Assembly (NCBI GenBank): GCA_963785305.1
Contig: CAWAUV010000007.1
Coordinates: 960,270-1,024,269, forward strand
Reading direction: 5' to 3'
DNA: 64,000 nucleotides
Source: an uncultured Planctomycetaceae bacterium
Lineage (GTDB): Bacteria; Planctomycetota; Planctomycetia; Pirellulales; PALSA-1355
Below, one piece after another: positions 62,170 through 64,000 of the stretch; position 1 is the stretch's first letter; the number at the start of each line of letters is the position of its first letter. The position numbers and the translations under genes were made by a program. A model generated the notes under the pieces. The model saw only the letters and a list, made by a program, of their open reading frames with translations, did not search any database and was not told the origin of the DNA.

Positions 62170-63999
62170 TCAAAATTCCTTCGCGGGCGACTTCGCGCGG
62201 GGCGGCCGAGGAACGGGCGGCGATGGAACTCGCTCGGGCGCGGCAGCCGGCGCGGGCGGCGCGGCGTTTGGCAGTGACGCGCTTGGCGCGGCGGCCTCGG
62301 GTTTTGTCGATTGTCCCCAGCCGGGCAAGGAAAACGGCAGTGCCGGAATCGCCGGCGGCGGCATCGCCACGCCCGACACTTCTTCGATCGCCGGCATTTC
62401 GATCACGGCATGGGCCAGTAGAAAGTTGGGCTGTAAGAGCGCCTCGACATTGATGCTCCGCAGCCACTTGAGCGCCGGAAGCTGATAGTTGGCGCTTCCG
62501 CCATCGGGCGTGGGCCCACCGCCTGGCAACATCTTCGACGAAACCCAGGCCATGCCGCCGCTGGGGCTGGGCCGAAGTTCATACACGCCGCCCAAGGGAT
62601 CGGCGAACTTGGCGCCGATCAGCCGCTCGGCCACATCGAGCGCCTGCTCGGGCGGCACATGCAGTTGCCGAATGAGCGAATTGATGAAATGCGCATTGCC
62701 GCGCGAGACGCTCGCCGCCCGGCTATAGCCCCAGCGGTTGATCGCGCCGCCGACTTTCGATTTGCCCAGATCGGCCGTGCGGAGCCAAAACTGGGCCGGC
62801 TGCGTGGCCGGCTCGAATCGTAGTTGCGGCGCCACTTCGTCGAGCAGCTCCCGCTGAAACGACATCAGCGTAAATGGACCATAAACCCGTCGCCAAATGC
62901 CAAGCAGCCCGCCCGAGTAGCCGGCCGGATCGGTCGGCCCGTTGGCGCCGGGCACAAGCGCCAAAAGGCCCGGAACCGGCCAGGCGCCGATATAGCCGCG
63001 AAATTCGAGTTGCGAGACAAGCATTCCGGCGAGCCCGCCGGGGGCGGCGATCGGCGGGCCATCGCGCAAGGCGCCAAAGAGCATGTGGTCGGGAGTGTTG
63101 AGTAGATTGCCGCCGCGGAGCGAGGCTTGCGCGGCGACCTCATCGCCCGGCACGCTCGCCAGCCGCTCGGTGAGCGGCGGACCCAACCACTTGGCGAGCG
63201 CGGCGTAGTGGGGCTCGGCGAGCGGAGCGGCTTGGGCGTCGACCGTGATTCGTTCGAGCCCCGGTTCATGGCCGGCGGCGCGTTGCACACCGATCAGCAC
63301 CGGATCGAACCGCTCGAAGTCCTGTTGATACGACGCTTGCAGCGCCGCGAGTCGCCGCGACTCGCTCGGAGTGATGCCGGTGATGGTGGCGTCGGGCGCG
63401 GGGAGATACGAGCCCAAGCGGCCGCGGGCCGAGTCGAAGAACTGGCCCTCGGTTTCGACGAGCCGGCTGCCGTCGGCCCGCTGGCCGAACCCGTCGGGCA
63501 GATATCCGCCGGCAATCAGTTCGGCCACGCTCTCACTCGGCGCGCCCTCGCCGCGCACCGCGAGCCGCGCCAGTTGCAACAACTCGACTTCCGCCGCCGA
63601 ACGCGAGCGCCTGACGAGCTCGATCTGATAGTGGGGGTCGAGCAAGTTTCGCTGAAACGCTTCGGAGAGGAAGATAAACGCGGTGAAGTCGCGATCGAGC
63701 GGCATTGTCTGGCGAGCCGCGCGGAAGTCGGGCGCTTCGGACAGCGCTCGCTTGCCGCTGCCCGCTTCGACAAAACGCTCGGCAAGCACGCGGCTGGTGG
63801 TGAGCAGATGAAAATCGCCATCTTGCACATAAAACGAACGGATGCGATTGTCGGGCGTGTGCAGAAATAGAGCCGGCACTCCGCCGATGTCGAGTTTTTC
63901 CTCCCGCGCGGCCGGGTCGTTTTTCAGGGCTTCGGCCCGTTGTCGCATGAAATCGAATCGCAGGGCGTCGCTGTTCTTGGCTTGGAAGAGCATGCCCAT
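62170..63999 (-). CDS. large hypothetical protein, 5'-truncated by the window edge
   Basis: 609 codons open to the window end with well-balanced composition and a Pro/Ala-rich C-terminus. No family recognised. Confidence 0.6.
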   Translation of the reverse strand: MGMLFQAKNSDALRFDFMRQRAEALKNDPAAREEKLDIGGVPALFLHTPDNRIRSFYVQDGDFHLLTTSRVLAERFVEAGSGKRALSEAPDFRAARQTMPLDRDFTAFIFLSEAFQRNLLDPHYQIELVRRSRSAAEVELLQLARLAVRGEGAPSESVAELIAGGYLPDGFGQRADGSRLVETEGQFFDSARGRLGSYLPAPDATITGITPSESRRLAALQASYQQDFERFDPVLIGVQRAAGHEPGLERITVDAQAAPLAEPHYAALAKWLGPPLTERLASVPGDEVAAQASLRGGNLLNTPDHMLFGALRDGPPIAAPGGLAGMLVSQLEFRGYIGAWPVPGLLALVPGANGPTDPAGYSGGLLGIWRRVYGPFTLMSFQRELLDEVAPQLRFEPATQPAQFWLRTADLGKSKVGGAINRWGYSRAASVSRGNAHFINSLIRQLHVPPEQALDVAERLIGAKFADPLGGVYELRPSPSGGMAWVSSKMLPGGGPTPDGGSANYQLPALKWLRSINVEALLQPNFLLAHAVIEMPAIEEVSGVAMPPPAIPALPFSLPGWGQSTKPEAAAPSASLPNAAPPAPAAAPERVPSPPVPRPPRAKSPAKEF

Positions 64000-64000
64000 C

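Noticed and set aside
59225-62467. 1080-aa ORF suggesting one giant protein
   Set aside because: Only the distal 447 codons (DUF1080) and a short middle stretch are protein-like. The N-terminal roughly 500 codons are Arg-rich run-through overlapping the SGNH hydrolase gene in another frame. The continuity results from absent stops plus a frame error near 60780.

Overview
High-GC bacterial chromosome segment: spot counts on single 60-nt lines give about 60-65% GC in core genes and about 50-53% in three small islands. The gene content points to a Planctomycetota (Pirellulales-like) genome: a PSCyt/DUF1549/DUF1553 giant protein paired with DUF1501, a tandem DUF1080 protein, a J-like/ankyrin protein, an LRR protein, and many signal-peptide hypotheticals. 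Recognisable housekeeping genes are mnmG, hrpB, recQ, ispF-cysS-ruvC-ruvA, a rimB-like gene with rimK, xseA-xseB-ispA-dxs, nadK, dnaA and sucA-sucB. No rRNA, tRNA or CRISPR array was found. Caveat for the whole window: about 25 genes or gene segments, including essential ones (mnmG, dxs, sucA, sucB), are split by single-base frame switches, several of them in homopolymer or GC-repeat runs. I read this as assembly or sequencing indel noise rather than biology, so I annotated whole genes across the breaks. Accessory content: (1) an ISAs1-family IS with a frame-broken transposase; (2) a DUF433/DUF5615 toxin-antitoxin cassette bounded by perfect 27-bp direct repeats that duplicate the 3' end of hrpB; (3) a RelE/ParE-like TA locus; (4) a low-GC, translationally coupled three-gene cassette of unknown function between dxs and nadK, which is the best candidate for an undescribed system; (5) a decayed HEPN-like nuclease gene; (6) a dispersed 24-25 bp palindromic repeat family seen in four intergenic copies; and (7) a roughly 1-kb gap with no convincing ORF upstream of sucA. 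Family names are recalled from motifs, not searched.
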